Of a stretch of 64,000 bases of DNA, positions 1 to 14,259 are shown piece after piece. The notes under the pieces were generated by a model, which had not been told where the DNA came from, did not search any database, and saw nothing but the letters and a program-made list of their open reading frames with translations. A program made the position numbers and the translations under genes. Numbering within the stretch: the stretch's first letter is position 1; every line of letters begins with the position of its first letter. The DNA is from Torpedo marmorata (Eukaryota), in assembly GCA_977017645.1 (NCBI GenBank), contig OZ360239.1:55056001-55120000 (forward strand). The letters are read 5' to 3'.

Positions 1-1049
1 ATTTCCACCCTGCTCTAACATTAAATTGACATTGTGAATTGGGATCATAGTCTGTGTGGATTAGTAAATTGTTCATCAATGGGATGATCCTGTGTTAAAT
101 CTAATGGTCTAATTCTAGTTCAAGTTTGTTAGATTGAAACCACCTACCCTATTTAACCACGCGTCTCACTGAACTTGAGATATCATGTACATAGGAGAGA
201 AAAGAAATGACTCATGAAAAGATAGAATGAGAGTTCCTGACCACAGGAGCCATGAAAAGCAAGCATATTTTGCCTTGGAGAGTTTCTTCTGCAATGATTT
301 CATATTGGGATTGTATAGGTGGTAGATCTGAGGTGATCCAGAAACTTTGTTTGACATCGCATGTAGTTTCATTCCAAAGGCTTATGAAACTGGATTTGAG
401 AAATGTTTCCTCGTTGAAAATTTATTAACTTAAGTTGACTTTTATAAAATGTTGATAAAGTTGATTCTTCGAAACAACTACAAAACTCTATGTTATACAT
501 TTCCATTTGGAGAGATCTTTCTTGGTTGTCAGAGTTCAATTCAAAGCCATCGAATGGAAACAAGATAAGTCTTTGCTGGAAGCAATTCTGTAGCACCAAT
601 CTTCAATTTTAACAATTATTTTCTTAAAGTCAACACCAAGATCAATAGTAGTAAATGAAATGCAGACTGCAACATGGTCTTGAGTTGGTGCTTTCTGTCC
701 CCATGGCTCTTTGCTCTGATGATAGTTTTCTGCATGGAGAATTTGGTACAAATGATCATGCCTTCAGTTTAATACATTTAATTTATCAGCAGTATTGCTT
801 TAATTATAGCTTCTTCAAAGCTCAGTTTCTGCTATTAATATTTATCCCATTTTGTTGAGGCCAGTTGTATCCTTTTTGGAACAGGAGAACAACAGTGATC
901 ATTTCCCTTGGTTTATCCTGAGTCGACAAAGAATTGTTGGAGGAACTCCGCAAGTCATACAGCATCCATGGGTAGAAATAGTCAGTCAATCTTTCTGGCC
1001 TGAGTCCTTAGTCAAGACTAAGGTGAAAATACATATATAAAGGGGGAAA

Positions 1050-1470
1050 GAAGCTGGAGGAGTGGCTCAGAGGTGCATCAGACAAGGTGTAAGAGGTGGA
1101 GAGAAAGGTAGAGGGAGAAACCATAAGGAGGGGGGGGGGATAAGAGAGAGAGAAAAATATAAGTACATTAGGTAAAGAAGAGAGAATTAGGGGTTACCTA
1201 AAGTTAGAAAAATCAATGTTTGTGCTATTAGATTTATGGCTGTCCAGGAGGAATATAATCGATTGTTTTATTGTTCCGCGGGTTTATATTTGGCCTCGCC
1301 CTGACAATGGCTGAGACTAATAACAGACATGCCACTGCAGGAATGGTTGGGGAGTTGAAATGCTTAACTGACAATGTCTACCCATGGATGCTGTCTGACC
1401 TGCTGAGTTCTTCAAGCAATAATTTGTTTGCTTGAGATTCCAGCATCTGCAGGTTTTGTCTTTCTCAATT
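1050..1470 (-). mobile_element. Degenerate Penelope-like element 3' end (GIY-YIG remnant plus inverted terminal-repeat fragment)
   Basis: Minus strand resembles the HFNS...IFLL...NIDFSNFR end seen in the 28.5-kb copy; followed by an oppositely oriented GCTGTCTGACCTGCTGAGTTCTTC segment at ~1385-1465. Confidence 0.5.
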
Positions 1471-3280
1471 GAGGATTGCAACTAGGATTGTATTTTGGTC
1501 TGCTTCAGTTAGAATTTTGCCTTCCCTGAAAGATAACAATGAATCATTTGGGATTTAACCAATGTCTGAAAACTGCTTAGTCACTTTTACAGATATGGGC
1601 TTTGTATTCCCTCTGGCAGTCCCTCAGTTCCATTACTTTATTCAAATGAACACTTTGTTTGTGAATTCTCTCAGACTCAAAGCTAAAATAGGTTGTTTAC
1701 CAGCCTCCATTTAGAGTAGTTACAGAGACAATAAGACTGAAATGGGCAAGCAATATTAGAAAATATTACTGGGTGTGGGTGGTACCAAACTTTCCATTAG
1801 TAACAGGATAATAGAAAAGTTGTCAATTCTAAATCTTTGCCTGGATTGTGTTGATTTCACAGGTGGTGTATCTTATAATGTCTGCTTACAAAATGATGAC
1901 AGTAGAGAGGATTCTTTAATCCAGTACATTGTGATGCCAGATCACATTGCACACTTGAGTTAAATGAATGATTCACCTTCAAATATAAAAATTAATTTTA
2001 ATAATTTTAGGGGTTTTAACACTCCTATTTAGGAAGTCCAAATAAATTGACCAATTGATATTGTGATACATATAACAGATGTTGTTATCTTAGGTGGTTT
2101 CAAGTCCACCCTTGATTGAACAGGAGATCAGAGAACGTATTTTTCTAATGCATGAAAATTATGTTATTATATTGCTTCATAAAGTACCTGGATAAATATC
2201 TGCAGAAGTGCTGGAAACACTCAGCAAACCAGGTTCCTGATGCCCAAACAATCTGATGCCGTTCACAAGGCAATCTTCATACAATTATATATTTTGCTAG
2301 AGATCTGTTGTGTGAGATCATGTTGACATTGCAGACCCTTGTGTGACCATCCTCAAAATGGTTCCCACCAAGGGAAGTTGATTCTTCCTGTTATCCATGA
2401 GTACTTTATACGTTTTGATTAAATTTCCTGCCAGCCACATATGTTTCCAAGTAAACAAACCTAACCTAATTGTTCTCTCATCATAACTAAAATTCTTCAG
2501 CTTTCATAAATCTAATTTTATGCTCTTCAGCTCTATCACATCCTTCCAGTAATATGAACAGATCAATACACAATATTCTACTTGGGACCTAACTGGTGTT
2601 CTGTATTATTCTGGCACAACCTTTTAATGCACTTGGATGCTATGCTGAAGGTAAGTATCCAGAATACCTTGACAATCTGTAGACATGATCCTTTACATTT
2701 AAGCTTTTTGCCATTTATTATGTTGTCATCCTTGTTGCCTTGTTAAATTTTCAAAAGTTAGTCAGCCACAATCTTTAACAAATTCCTCTTTCCTACCTTG
2801 ATTAAAGTCTACTCTTCTCATTGATTTCTACTGAATTGTTCCTATAACTTGCCCTTGACTAATGTTAGACTGTAATTACATGATGTTTCTCCTTCTGTAA
2901 ACAGAAGGACCATTTTAGCAATATTTCAGATCTCCTTCCTTTAAGTCTGTACCAAGTGATTTGAAAATTAACTGTCATTAATTTTAGAGCTATTGCTATG
3001 TGACCCCTCTTCTAGGATGCATTGAATGCAAATGGTTTATTGAACTTAATTAAGCTGGATCCCTTCACATTTCTTTGTCAGTTATGTCCAATATTTCACA
3101 CCTTCCTTAACTTCTAAGCAGGATGGGATTCTTGCATACTCTTTCCTCTGCTTGTGACCCCCCCAAACAGAGGAGGTCCACATTTCTTGGGTCAGCTTGG
3201 ATGCTTCTCCTCTTGTTTGAGTTCCATGGCTTGGTACAACAAAAAGGTCTACTTTTGCTCCAACCACAAAAATGTTGTTT

Positions 3281-3432
3281 ACAAGTGCAATACACAAAGG
3301 TGCTGGAGAAACTCAGCAGGACATGCAGCATCAATTGGAAGTAAAGGGTAGCCAATGTTTCCAGCCTGAGCTCTCCAGCACTTTTGTGCCTTGCACTGCA
3401 ATCACAGCATCTGCAGACTTTCCTGATTAACT
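3281..3432. mobile_element. Fold-back Penelope terminal-repeat element (older subfamily)
   Basis: GCTGGAGAAACTCAGCAGG arm with inverted CTCCAGCAC...TCTGCAGACTTT arm; imperfect TSD AATGTTGTTT/AATGTTATTT. Confidence 0.6.
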
Positions 3433-4347
3433 AATGTTATTTGGCAGGTTGCTTGGTCCCACATAAAGATCTTGGAGGATAATGTTAGTTCAGCACTATG
3501 ATCAGTTAATACCAACAATTGATTTGGTGAGTGATCTTACTATGGATGTCCCTAAAACATGCTCTCGAGCTTACTGTTGTGTTGCTATGATGGAGCTCAG
3601 CGTTGTGCTTGCTTCAGGAGACTGGCAAGATGGCCTGCTCATCTAGGCTGGCCCATGGAGCTGGATCTTCAATGGAGGCTGACACATCAGACACATCTAC
3701 TCATTGACTTCATTTAAGCTCTCCTGAAACCCTCTTTCCTTTCAACTTAAATGCATTCCTTTCTAGTTACTGATATAGTTGTCATAAAGTGTTTTGGTTC
3801 TTTTAGCCTTTCATAATTTTATATATCTGTTAAATCTCCCCTCCTTCCTTTTTGGTCCAGCAAAAACAAGCCCAACCGAGCTAGTCTCTCCCCCATAACT
3901 GTAAATCTCCTCCCTGGGGAACATTCCCATAAATTTCAATTAAAAAACAAAATGCTGGAGATATTCCTCAGGTCAGGCAGCATCTGTGGGAAAAAAAATA
4001 ATTAATATTTCATTTCTAAATCCTTTGTTTAAACAAAGGGTCTCAGATCCAAGACATAAACTAAGCTTTTTTCCCCCACAGATGCTGCCTGACCTGTTGA
4101 ATGTTTCCAGCATTTTCTGTTTTTATTTCAAATTTCTGACATTTTTGTATTTTGTTGCTCAGAAATCTCCTCTGCATTATCTTTTGTGCTATCATATCCA
4201 TCCAGTGCTTTGGCAAGCAGAATGTACTCTGGCTGTGGCCTAACTATAGTTCTGTACATTCTCTAACGACTTACTGGTATATTCTGTGCGTCACCAAAAT
4301 AAAAATGTGTGCTTTCTTATCCACCTCAAAGCCTTCAATATATAAAA

Positions 4348-4986
4348 CACGACAACAAATTGTTTCAAAAGGTTTGCTTCCTTAAACAAAAATAATTTTA
4401 TGATAAGACAACTTCAAGCTGAACATAAAGATAATTTTAGATTTGCACTTAGGAAGTTGGAGAAACATTAAATTAACTTTTATTAAATTTAGCATGTTTA
4501 ATTGCATAATGATGCTGGCACATTGCATTAGTTCAACTGACCTTTCATCATGTTCGTCACTGACTGCACCAAGATCAGCAGGGAAGAAGTCCAAGTGCGA
4601 ATGCAGAAAATGAATTTTCAATGACATGTTGCACTTCATGGTTTGTGTGCTTGAAGCCTGTTGTCAATCAGCTGGATGTAGTTTGGTGCTCTGTAGTTGC
4701 CAAGAAAATTCTCAACATCTTTAAATGCCTTCCATGCCTAAGACAACATTTGCATAGCACCTACACTGATTGCATTCCCAGGCATGTTTGGATTGACCAA
4801 AACAGCTTGCTCTGTGGGAATATACCAGTAGACTTTAAAAAATGACAGGAAATCACAAAAATAGGTTATATCATTAAAAAATGGTACATGATATGAAAGT
4901 TTTAAGCTGATTTTCATGATCAGCAGCTCAAAATCCATAAAATGCACCCAGAAGTGTTCAGGAAGCAAAATCTTTGATGTCCAGTG
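4348..4986 (-). mobile_element. Internally deleted Chapaev3-like (CMC) DNA transposon
   Basis: Minus-strand peptide CNMSLKIHFLHSHLDFFPADLGAVSDEH (ORF 4382-4639), recalled as a Chapaev3 transposase C-terminal motif; imperfect termini CACGACAAC vs CACTGGACATC. Confidence 0.6.
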
Positions 4987-5609
4987 TAATTGCTACCATT
5001 GACGATATGTAGATATAATCACCAAGATCCCTCTTCTAAGTATCCTTCCATTGTATATTCCTTTGTCACCATTCCCTTACTCAAATGCAATGCTCACAAC
5101 TTTATTCCCAAACTGATATTGTATGGCTATTTTCTCATTAATATTTGTGAGTCCTTTCTTGCAAATTCATTGCCACATTTCTCTTTTGTATTCATTGGTT
5201 GCAAAGAATTTTGGATTATTTTCGCTCTGGGAGAAGTGCTAGTTTTAGAGCAATTCTTCATTCCTGTTCTGAATGTTCAACCGCATAACACCTGGTTTCA
5301 CAATTAATTTCAGGAAGTCTTCACAGTGAGGACCAGTCTGAATCATGAATCATCAAGGGTCGCTATTTAAATAATGCCACATTGTACACCTGCTAACTCA
5401 CTCTCTGTACTCCCAAAAACTTCCTGCTTGACTCTCACCTCAACCAGGCCTTAGCTTACCCCAGATTTTTATTTTATAGTCTGGTGTTTTCAGTATAAAT
5501 ATGTTAGAGAAATATTTTTTTCTGTTGTTAAATGTAACATGATACAGTACAGTTGTGTACATGAAGCTATAGATGGTGACTTGATTATTCAGAAATTGGA
5601 GCTATTGTT

Positions 5610-6129
5610 GTTTTTGAATAATTTATTTGTATTTTTTAAAGCCAAACATATTATCAATAACAAAAATAATACATCATCAAATATAATATTCGTCTGTTGA
5701 CTATTATACTAAAAAACAACAACAAAATTACAAACAAAGGAAAACCCACCCACCCAATTCCCCCTAAAAGAAAAAAAAAAGAGGAATAGAATAAGAAAAG
5801 GTTGAAATAGAAAAGGAAAGAAGACGTTGGAGGTTCGTCGTCCACCCCACAGGCTTAAATTACTTGGCATACTCGGATTTCTGAAGAGGAAATGGACATA
5901 GGTCCTGGAGGCGAGGGGGGGGGGGCTTGGATATAGATTTACAGCCATGTGTTGTAAATATGGAGTCCAAATCTTTAAAAATATATCATATCTATTTCTA
6001 AGATTATAGGTAATCTTCTCAAGGGGAACACATTTTCTCATTCCATCTTGTCATACCTAGATGGGAATCAGACTTCCTTGTGACCACTATACATTTCCTG
6101 GCCACCGCCAATGCGATCTCCACAAATTT
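5610..6129 (-). mobile_element. 5'-truncated L1-like LINE 3' end
   Basis: Near-identical to 57925-58900 on the opposite strand; 16-bp TSD AATTGGAGCTATTGTT at 5594-5609 and 6130-6145. Confidence 0.8.
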
Positions 6130-6671
6130 AATTGGAGCTATTGTTAACAAACTACAAGATAACGCCCCTATTGTATCCTGAACCATTATTAATTTGGTAA
6201 AACTCCACAAATCTGACAGGCTTTGTAGTTTGGTGCTGTACTGACAGATTTTATGGACTATTGGATATAATTTCTGTTAATACCTCAACATCCCTTAAAT
6301 CATTTCTGAGATGTTGCATGGTATGAATTTTCAGTGAAACGGTTAAAACCTGAAATGGAGTGTGGGAACAAGGACCCCCATGAGTTGAAAAGAAAAATTA
6401 GAACCAGGCCTGAGTGAGTAGAAATGAAGCATTGGAAGCTGGACCCTGGTGTGTTAGTGGGAGTGCAGGAACTGGGGCCCTGGTGAGTGGAAGGAGGGTT
6501 CAAATTCAGGGCCCTGGTATGTTAAAGGGAGCACAGGGATCAGGGCCCCAGTGAGTCAAAAGGGTGAACCAGATTCAGTCATGATTTAAAATTGGAACAA
6601 GAGTAATCCATGTCAACTACTTGAGCATTCTCAGTAAGGTGTGGCTAATGTGTGATCTACTTATTTAAACT

Positions 6672-8165
6672 ACCATATAACCATATAACAATTACAGCAC
6701 GGAAACAGGCCATTAGGCCCTTCCAGTCCGCACCAAACCAAACATTCCTATCTAGTCCCACCTACCTGCACCCTGCCCATAACCCTCCACTTCCTTCTCA
6801 TCCATATTCTTGTCCAACTTTTTCTTAAATAATAAAATTGACTCTGCCGCCACTACTTCTCCCGGAAGCTCATTCCACACCGCTACCACTCTCTGAGTAA
6901 AGAAGTTCCCCCTCATGTTACCTCTAAACCTCTGCCCCTTAACTCTTAGCTCATGTCCTCTTGTTTCAATCTCTCCTATTCTTAATGGAAATAGTCTATC
7001 CACATCCACTCTGTCTATCCCTTTCATAATTTTAAATACCTCTATCAAATCCCCTCTCAACCTTCTACGCTCCAAAGAATAAAGACCTAATCTGCTCAAT
7101 CTCTCCTTGTACCCTAGATTTTTAAACCCAGGTAACATTCTGGTAAACCTTCTCTGCACTCTCTCCACCTTGTTGATATCCTTCCTATAATTTGGCGACC
7201 AGAAATGCACACAGAACTCTAAATTAGGCCTCACCAAAGCCTTATATAATCTCAACATCACTTCCCAACTCCTATATTCTATGCAATGATTGATAAAGGC
7301 CAGCATACTAAAAGCCTTCTTCACCACCCTATTCACATGAGTTTCCACCTTCAGGGAACGATGCACCGTTATTCCTAAATCTTTCTGCTCTTCTGTATTC
7401 ATCAATGCTCTCCCATTTAATACATATGTCCTGTTCTGATTCTTCTTACCAAAATGAAGCACCTCACACTTATCAGCATTAAACTCCATCTGCCATTTTT
7501 CAGCCCACTTTTCTAAGCAGCCCAAATCCCTCTGCAATCCTTGAAAACCTTCTTCATTATCCACTATTCCACCTATCTTAGTATCATCTGCATATTTACT
7601 AATCCAGTTTACCACCCCATCATCTAGATCATTGATATATATAACGAACAACAATGGGCCCAATACAGATCCCTGAGGCACACCGCTGGTCACCGGCCTC
7701 CAACCTGACAGACAATTATCCACTACCACTCTCTGGCCTCTCCCTTCCAGCCAATGTTCAATCCATTTGACTATCTCAGAATTTATACCTAAAGACTGCA
7801 CCTTCCTAACTAACCTTCCATGCGGAACCTTATCGAAGGCCTTACTGAAGTCCATATAGACAACATCCACTGCGCTACCCTCATCCACATTCCTAGTCAC
7901 CTCTTCAAAAAATTCAATCAGATTGGTCAAACAGGACCTTCCGCTCACAAATCCATGTTGAGAGTTCCTGATCAGACCCTGTCTATCCAGATATTTATAA
8001 GTACTATCTCTGAGAACTTTCTCCATTAATTTACCTACCACAGACGTCAAACTTACAGGTCGATAATTGCCAGGCTTCCTCCTTGAACCCTTTTTAAATA
8101 ACGGAACCACATGCGCAATATGCCAATCCTCCGGCACTATCCCCACCTCTAATGACATTTGGAAA
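6672..8165 (-). mobile_element. 5'-truncated CR1 LINE with uninterrupted reverse-transcriptase ORF
   Basis: ORF 6752-8218: NYRPVSLTS, DFSKAFD, GVPQGSVLGP, YADD, LERRRLRGDLI; 3' tail of (TTATATGG)-type repeats. Confidence 0.92.
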
Positions 8166-8265
8166 CTTAAGGAACAACACATCATATTCCTCCTGGATAA
8201 CCTTAAACTTAATATCACTAAGTTTATCTATCTATCAACATTTATTACAAAGCTGCCTTTTTACT

Positions 8266-8515
8266 TAGAACCATAGAACATTACAGCACAGAAACAGGCC
8301 CTTTGGCCCTTCTAGTCTGTGCCAAACTATTATTCTGGCTAGTCCCACTGACCTGCACCCAGTCCATAGCCCTCCATACCCCTCCCATCCATGTACCTGT
8401 CCAAATTCTTCTTAAATGTTAAAATTGAGCCCGCATTCACCACTTCAGCTGGAAGCTCATTCCACACTCCCACCACTCTCTGTGTGAAGACGTCCCCCCT
8501 AATGTTCTCCTTTTC
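8266..8515 (-). mobile_element. CR1 3'-end fragment
   Basis: Similar to 6680-6920 (CTAGTCCCAC..CCTGCACCC, AAGCTCATTCCACAC). Confidence 0.75.
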
Positions 8516-10252
8516 ATTGTGTCATTAGCAAATTTGAATAGCAGCTTCTGACCACATCATCCATGTTGTTAACCCTGTCTGGTTCCAGTCAATACATGCG
8601 TATAGAAAACGCTAGTCAAATCCTACTAACTTAAACACTTACCTATTTTCCTTGCTGTCTCCTGCCATTCTTGCGAAAGATGTATCAAATTTGCTCTGGA
8701 AGGGCACCTTTTAATATCCTTTGAGATTCTCCATCCACTAATCTGGACAACTCTTCAATTAAAATAAAAAGTACAAGCAGCTTTGTGAGGCATGATCTAT
8801 CCTTTTATAAATCAATGTTACCTCTCTCCAATCAGGTAAAAATGTTCTGCTCACTTCAGTACTTGTCCTTAATTATCATCTTGTAATCTCCAAACATTAC
8901 CACTAAGTGGTCTACAACTCCCTGGATTCCCTTTCTTACCTTAAATAGCAATCAAAGAGTGTGCAATTTTCGAATCAAGAAGATCAGATTCAGGTTAAAT
9001 GTACTTTGCAGATGTTCTAACAGCATCTTCCAATGACCCTTTCAAATGCTGGGATCTTGGGGACGTGTCAGTCATAGTAAATGTTTATTTGCATGAATCC
9101 CTACCCCATGCAATATTAATTTCCTTGGGACGTTCTGCATTTTATCCACGTGTCTGCTGCAATGATTCACCATGCCAACCCTTCCTTATTTCTACTTGCA
9201 GTATAGCTGTGATTTTCAAGAAGCCCACATGTTTCTGACCACATCTCATTTCCTACAACACAATAAACCCTTAACCACCAAAATTATATTTATTTATAAT
9301 ACTTTGTAGAGAACAATGGCTTTGAAACCATGACAGGATTTTCAAGGTAGATATTTGGAGTTTCTGAGGTGAGAAAATAATTATCAACATGTATAAAACA
9401 TTAAATATATCATATACCTATACACATGAAGGTTTAATATGATGGAAATGTGAATTTTGGAGACAGGGGAGCAACTAAGTCAATCCAAGTAGATTGAGGA
9501 AAATTGGCTAAAGTGAGTTTCATAGAGCAGTGATTAGGTACGATGATGCAAAACTATATGTTTAAGTGTCTGAATTTTTTTGCAGAAAGTTATAAGTAAA
9601 GAATGTTATCCTTTAGGAAAGAATGAGTTTGATGAGGCCATCCTGGGAAGAGTACAAGAGGAAAACAGTACACATTTAGAAAGAATGCTTAGAAAAACAT
9701 CATCCGCAATAGAGCCAATAAAATAGAAATGATGTTGGAGCAAGGTTTGAGGCAGGTTTGTCAGTGAATCGGTTACATTACACATTGGGTATTATAGCGG
9801 TGGGGGGTGCTGCTCCTATATAGGTCAAATACAGATAGATCCTTCACAATATCAAGACTACTAAATGCTAATTTGAATCCTTGAAGTGTAATTCAATGCA
9901 AGATATGTTTCAGACAAATGAAGCAAGGCCGGATCTCACAAACAGTGATGTGGCAATGTAAAGATATTCGGTTATAGTGTTGTTGTTTGGCCAAAACAGA
10001 AGGATATCAGTTGCTTTTCGAAGCAGAAATTGGTACAAAGCAAAGATTTAGCACCAGTGGACTCATGGTCCGCGGTTATGATAAAGAAAAAAAACTTGTC
10101 CAGTGCACATTATGAATGCTATTATTTAAATCTCATGTTTGAAAGTTTTAATTCTCAGTTGTTGAGAGTGTGAGGAGGAGAGGGGGGGGGGTTGTTAAAG
10201 TGCTGCAAAATCTCTCGCTTCAATTCGTGATTCCATCACGTGTATATCTGAA

Positions 10253-11322
10253 TATTACGAACTAACAAACCTTGCTAATACTAACAAAGGAACAGCAATG
10301 GAGAATTCACCAGACAATGGTAAATTTAAAATAATAGTTTTTATTAAACTATTAATAACGTAACATTTCTTTCTTATCTCTAAACTTAACTCTAACTTAA
10401 ACCCCACTATGCGCAAAGGTAAATGTGTGTGTGTTAAAGTCCAAAATATTTTAGTTTAAACTTGGTTCTGAAAAAGCCAATTTTAAAGTCCAGTTTCAAA
10501 CTTTTTGTTGAACTTCAGGATCCCTTTAAATTGTGGTTCAGAGTAATTATAGAGCACGAATGGAGCATCAGATTTCTTTCAAACTCACACATCTTTTGAT
10601 GAGTTGTCTTTCAGAGATTCTTTCTTCATACGAGTGTTTTCATAAGTTTTCCCCTCTTGTTAAGGTTACAGAACTGTGATCTTCAAGATGATTTCTTTCT
10701 TAATCAACAGTGGTCTGTCTTATTTTAAAAGCCACTTATATGGTGTATCTCCCATGGTAAGGATAATACACAAAACAGCACCTCTATCTATGTCAGAGAT
10801 CACTGCTTCAAATTCTGTCTTTCCAGAAAGTCAAATTTCTTCAGAGGTCTTCAGAGTTGTCCAAAATGTCTCTCTGCCAGCATTATATAGTTCTCTGACA
10901 TCATGTGATGTGACATCAGCACAGTTTCATTTCTGCAAAACCTTTTGCATTTCTTCAGAACCACTTCATATCCATTAAAGCATCTGACCTCATCTCTGTT
11001 TAAGTGGTCATGTCTCTGGAAAGTCTGGCACATGTCACTCAAATGGCACTTGAATTTGCAACAGCTGCTAGCATAATGCTTTTAAGAACAACACATTGTC
11101 CTGAAATCACTTAAAATTCACTTCTGTTTCATTATTGGTTTTGTCTTCTTAGACCTTGCGACTCCAAGCTGACATTCTTTCTCTTAGTGCAATGGTTTTT
11201 CTGCAAATGTGCTGTGACCTGTGTGTGACCGTGTACCAGCCCACAACTACCCTTACTAACAATATATATAGTTCTATAACTTAACTTTAAATATTAATAT
11301 TAACATTAACACATCTGTTACA
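10253..11322 (-). repeat. 3' LTR of the Gypsy element
   Basis: Direct repeat of 15354-16408; plus-strand ends TA(for TG)...CA. Confidence 0.92.
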
Positions 11323-11332
11323 CCTCCTTCCC
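11323..11332 (-). other. Polypurine tract
   Basis: Minus strand GGGAAGGAGG immediately before the 3' LTR. Confidence 0.75.
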
Positions 11333-11480
11333 ACAGAGAAAATTTTGAACTTCTAAAAGGTCAAAATTTTAAATTGCAATCTATCATTTGTTTGATAGAT
11401 TTCTTACACAACATGATACAAACAAATATTGCAGAAATAACATGTAAATTCAACATCTGGATAGGCAATCAGCAATCACA

Positions 11481-13000
11481 TTATCCTTGCCTCTTAATAT
11501 GAGTTACAACCAAATCATATTCTTGCAAAGTTAAACTCCATTTCAATAACCGTCTATTTTTATGTTTCATTTTACTCAAAAACACCAACAGATTATGGTC
11601 AGTATAAACAATAATTGATCCCATAGCAGTGCAAACATATACTTCAAAATGTTGCAGAGCTAATACAAGAGACAATAATTCCTTTTCAATAGTAGAATAA
11701 TTCTTAGATACGTAAGCCACTGGATGTTCAATACCATCACAGTCTTTTTTTTTAATAGGACAGCTCCTGTTGCTTCATCACTGGCATCTACTGCTGAAGC
11801 AAATGGCTTTCCAAAGTCAGGAGATTTAAGCACAAGCTTGTGACATAAAATGGCTTTTAGTTTGTCAAAAGCTTCCTGACAAATAGTTGTCCAAATAAAC
11901 TTTTCACCCTTTTTCAAAAGATTAGTCAGAGGAATGGCAATGTCAGCAAAACTTTTACAGAACTTTCTGTAGTACCCAACCATTCCTAAAAATCTCCTCA
12001 CAGCTTTCTTACCCATGGGTACAGGAAATTCAATAATTGTCTGAACTTTAGCTTGAACAGGCGCCACTTTTCCTTGGCCTACAACATAACCAAGATAAGT
12101 CACCTTAGCATGACAAAATTCACTTTTAGCTAAATTAACTGTAAGATTGGCGTTCAAAAGTTTATCAAACAATCTCTCTAATGCAGAAATGTGTTCTTCC
12201 CATGATTCATTCCCTGTAACCAAGTCATCAATATAAGCATCTGCATGTTTTAAATCTTGAGTCACAGAATTAATCATCCTTTGAAATGATCCTGGAGCAT
12301 TCTTCATTCCAAATGGTAAAACATTGTATTCATATAAACCCGATGGGATTACAAAAGCAGAAATTTCCCTTCCTCTTTCTGTTAAGGGAACACACCAGTA
12401 ACCTTTTAATAAATCTATCTTTGTAAGAAAGGTAGCCTTTCCAATCTTATCCACACAATCATCCATCCTAGGGATAGGATAAGCATCTGTCTTTGTCACT
12501 CCATTAACTTTTCTATAATTAGTGCAAAATCTAACTGTCCTATCTGATTTAGGTACCAGTACACAAGGTGAACTCCAATCTGAAGTAGAACGTCTAATAA
12601 TATTATTCTTTAACATGTACTCAATCTCTTGATCTACCTGTTTACTCTTTTCAATATTCATTCTGTATGGATGCTGTTTGATGGGTTTTGCATCTCCAAC
12701 ATCAGCATTGTGGCAAACTCTCTGTTGCACATCCGGAAATACATTTCTGAATTTTAAAATCAACGGTTTCATTTGTTCCTTTTCCTGAGGTTTCAAATCA
12801 GCTAACTTCTCATCCAAATTTTCCAATATACTTGAATTAGACAAACGAGCTGGGACAATGTTTTGTGTGAAGTGACTCTCACAAGAGTCAGCTTGTGTGG
12901 TTTCATGATCCATAACCACCTTAGTTTTCTCCACCACCAATACCTCTGGTGAAGGCTGCTTCTGGCTAACATCCAAATTCTCAAAATAATGTTTTAACAT
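11481..13000 (-). pseudogene. Gypsy pol RT + RNase H (frameshifted)
   Basis: PIKQHPYR, WSSPCVLVPK, KIDLLKGYW, PFGMKNAP, YIDD, VDASD; RNaseH NYSTIEKE/YTDH in a shifted frame (11481-11720). Confidence 0.9.
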
Positions 13001-13082
13001 GTTAACGTGGCAACTCTGTATTTTACGTCTCCTATCAGGAGTTTTAACTACGTAATTAACTTCATTTACCTTAGATTCTATT

Positions 13083-14107
13083 TCATGTGGTCTTTAAAAT
13101 TTTGCTCTGAGGATTAGAAATTGTTGGAAAAATAATTAACACTTTATCCCCTGGTTTAAATATTCTCTCACGAGATTTCCTGTCGTACCAAACCTTCATA
13201 TCATCTTGAGCCATTTTTAAATTCTCCTTAGCTATCTTACAGACCTTCTGTAAGCTATCTTTGAACTTTGAAACATAATCTAACAAATTCAACTGTACAT
13301 CCTCATTAACCCACTTTCTTTCAACAACATTAAAGGTCCCCTAACCTCATGTCCAAACACTAACTCAAAATGACTAAAACCTAACAATTCTTGTATCGTT
13401 TCCCTTACTGCAAACAAAAGTAAATGAACACCTTCATCCCAGTCCTTCTCATTCTCAAAACAATAAGTCCTCATCATAGTTTTTAAAGTCAAATGGAATC
13501 TCTCCAAAGCTCCCTGAGATTCTGGGCGATATGCAGATGATGTAATTTGCTTAGCTCCCAATTTATAAACTAACTGCTGAAATACACATGACATAAAGTT
13601 ACTCCCCTGATCTGACTGTATTTCTTTCAGCAGACCAAATGAAGTGAACATTTTCACCAGAGCCCCAGACACAGTTTTTGCTTTAATATTCATAAGTGGT
13701 ATTGCTTCAGGAAACCTAGAAGCTGTACACATAATAGTCAACAAATATTAATTTCCAGCTTTTGTTTTGGGCAATGGACCAACACAATCCACAATAACTT
13801 TAGAAAATGATTCCCCAAAAACAGGAATAGGTTTTAAAGAAGCAACTGGTGGACTCTGATTAGGTTTCCCCACAACCTGACAAGTGTGACATGTCCAACA
13901 AAATCTCTTAACATCCTTTCTTAAATTAGGCCAATAAAATTGTTTCATAATTTTATAGGTAGTTTTCCTTACCCCAAGATACCCACTTAAGGGTGTGCTA
14001 TGATCCATGTTGAGAATCTCATCTCTATAGGCGTTAGGAACCACAACCTGGTGAACAACTGCCCACTCTTCATTAGCATGAATCTCAACTGACCTCCATT
14101 TTCTCAT
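13083..14107 (-). pseudogene. Gypsy integrase (Zn-finger + rve core), interrupted
   Basis: H...G(H/Y)LG...FYWP...CHTCQ, VDCVGPLP, SRFPEAIPL, IQSDQGSNF, SAYRPESQGALER. Confidence 0.88.
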
Positions 14108-14259
14108 TAATATTCCTTGCTTAATTTCCTCATGTGAGCAAGATCAATATCTTTATTTTGTTTCTCTATTAATTTTTCCCTGGATAATGAAAAATTATTT
14201 TCCAGCTGCTGTGCACTGTTACTACTTTCAAGTTTAATACCAGACTCCTGGTCTAACAA

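Noticed and set aside
6400-6575. Degenerate GGGCCCTGGTGAGT repeats as a spacer array
   Set aside because: Only 4-5 decayed units with similar intervening sequence; an old minisatellite
9615-9726. Possible upstream CYP26C1 exon after tttag
   Set aside because: Translations show no CYP26 similarity and end in stops without a donor
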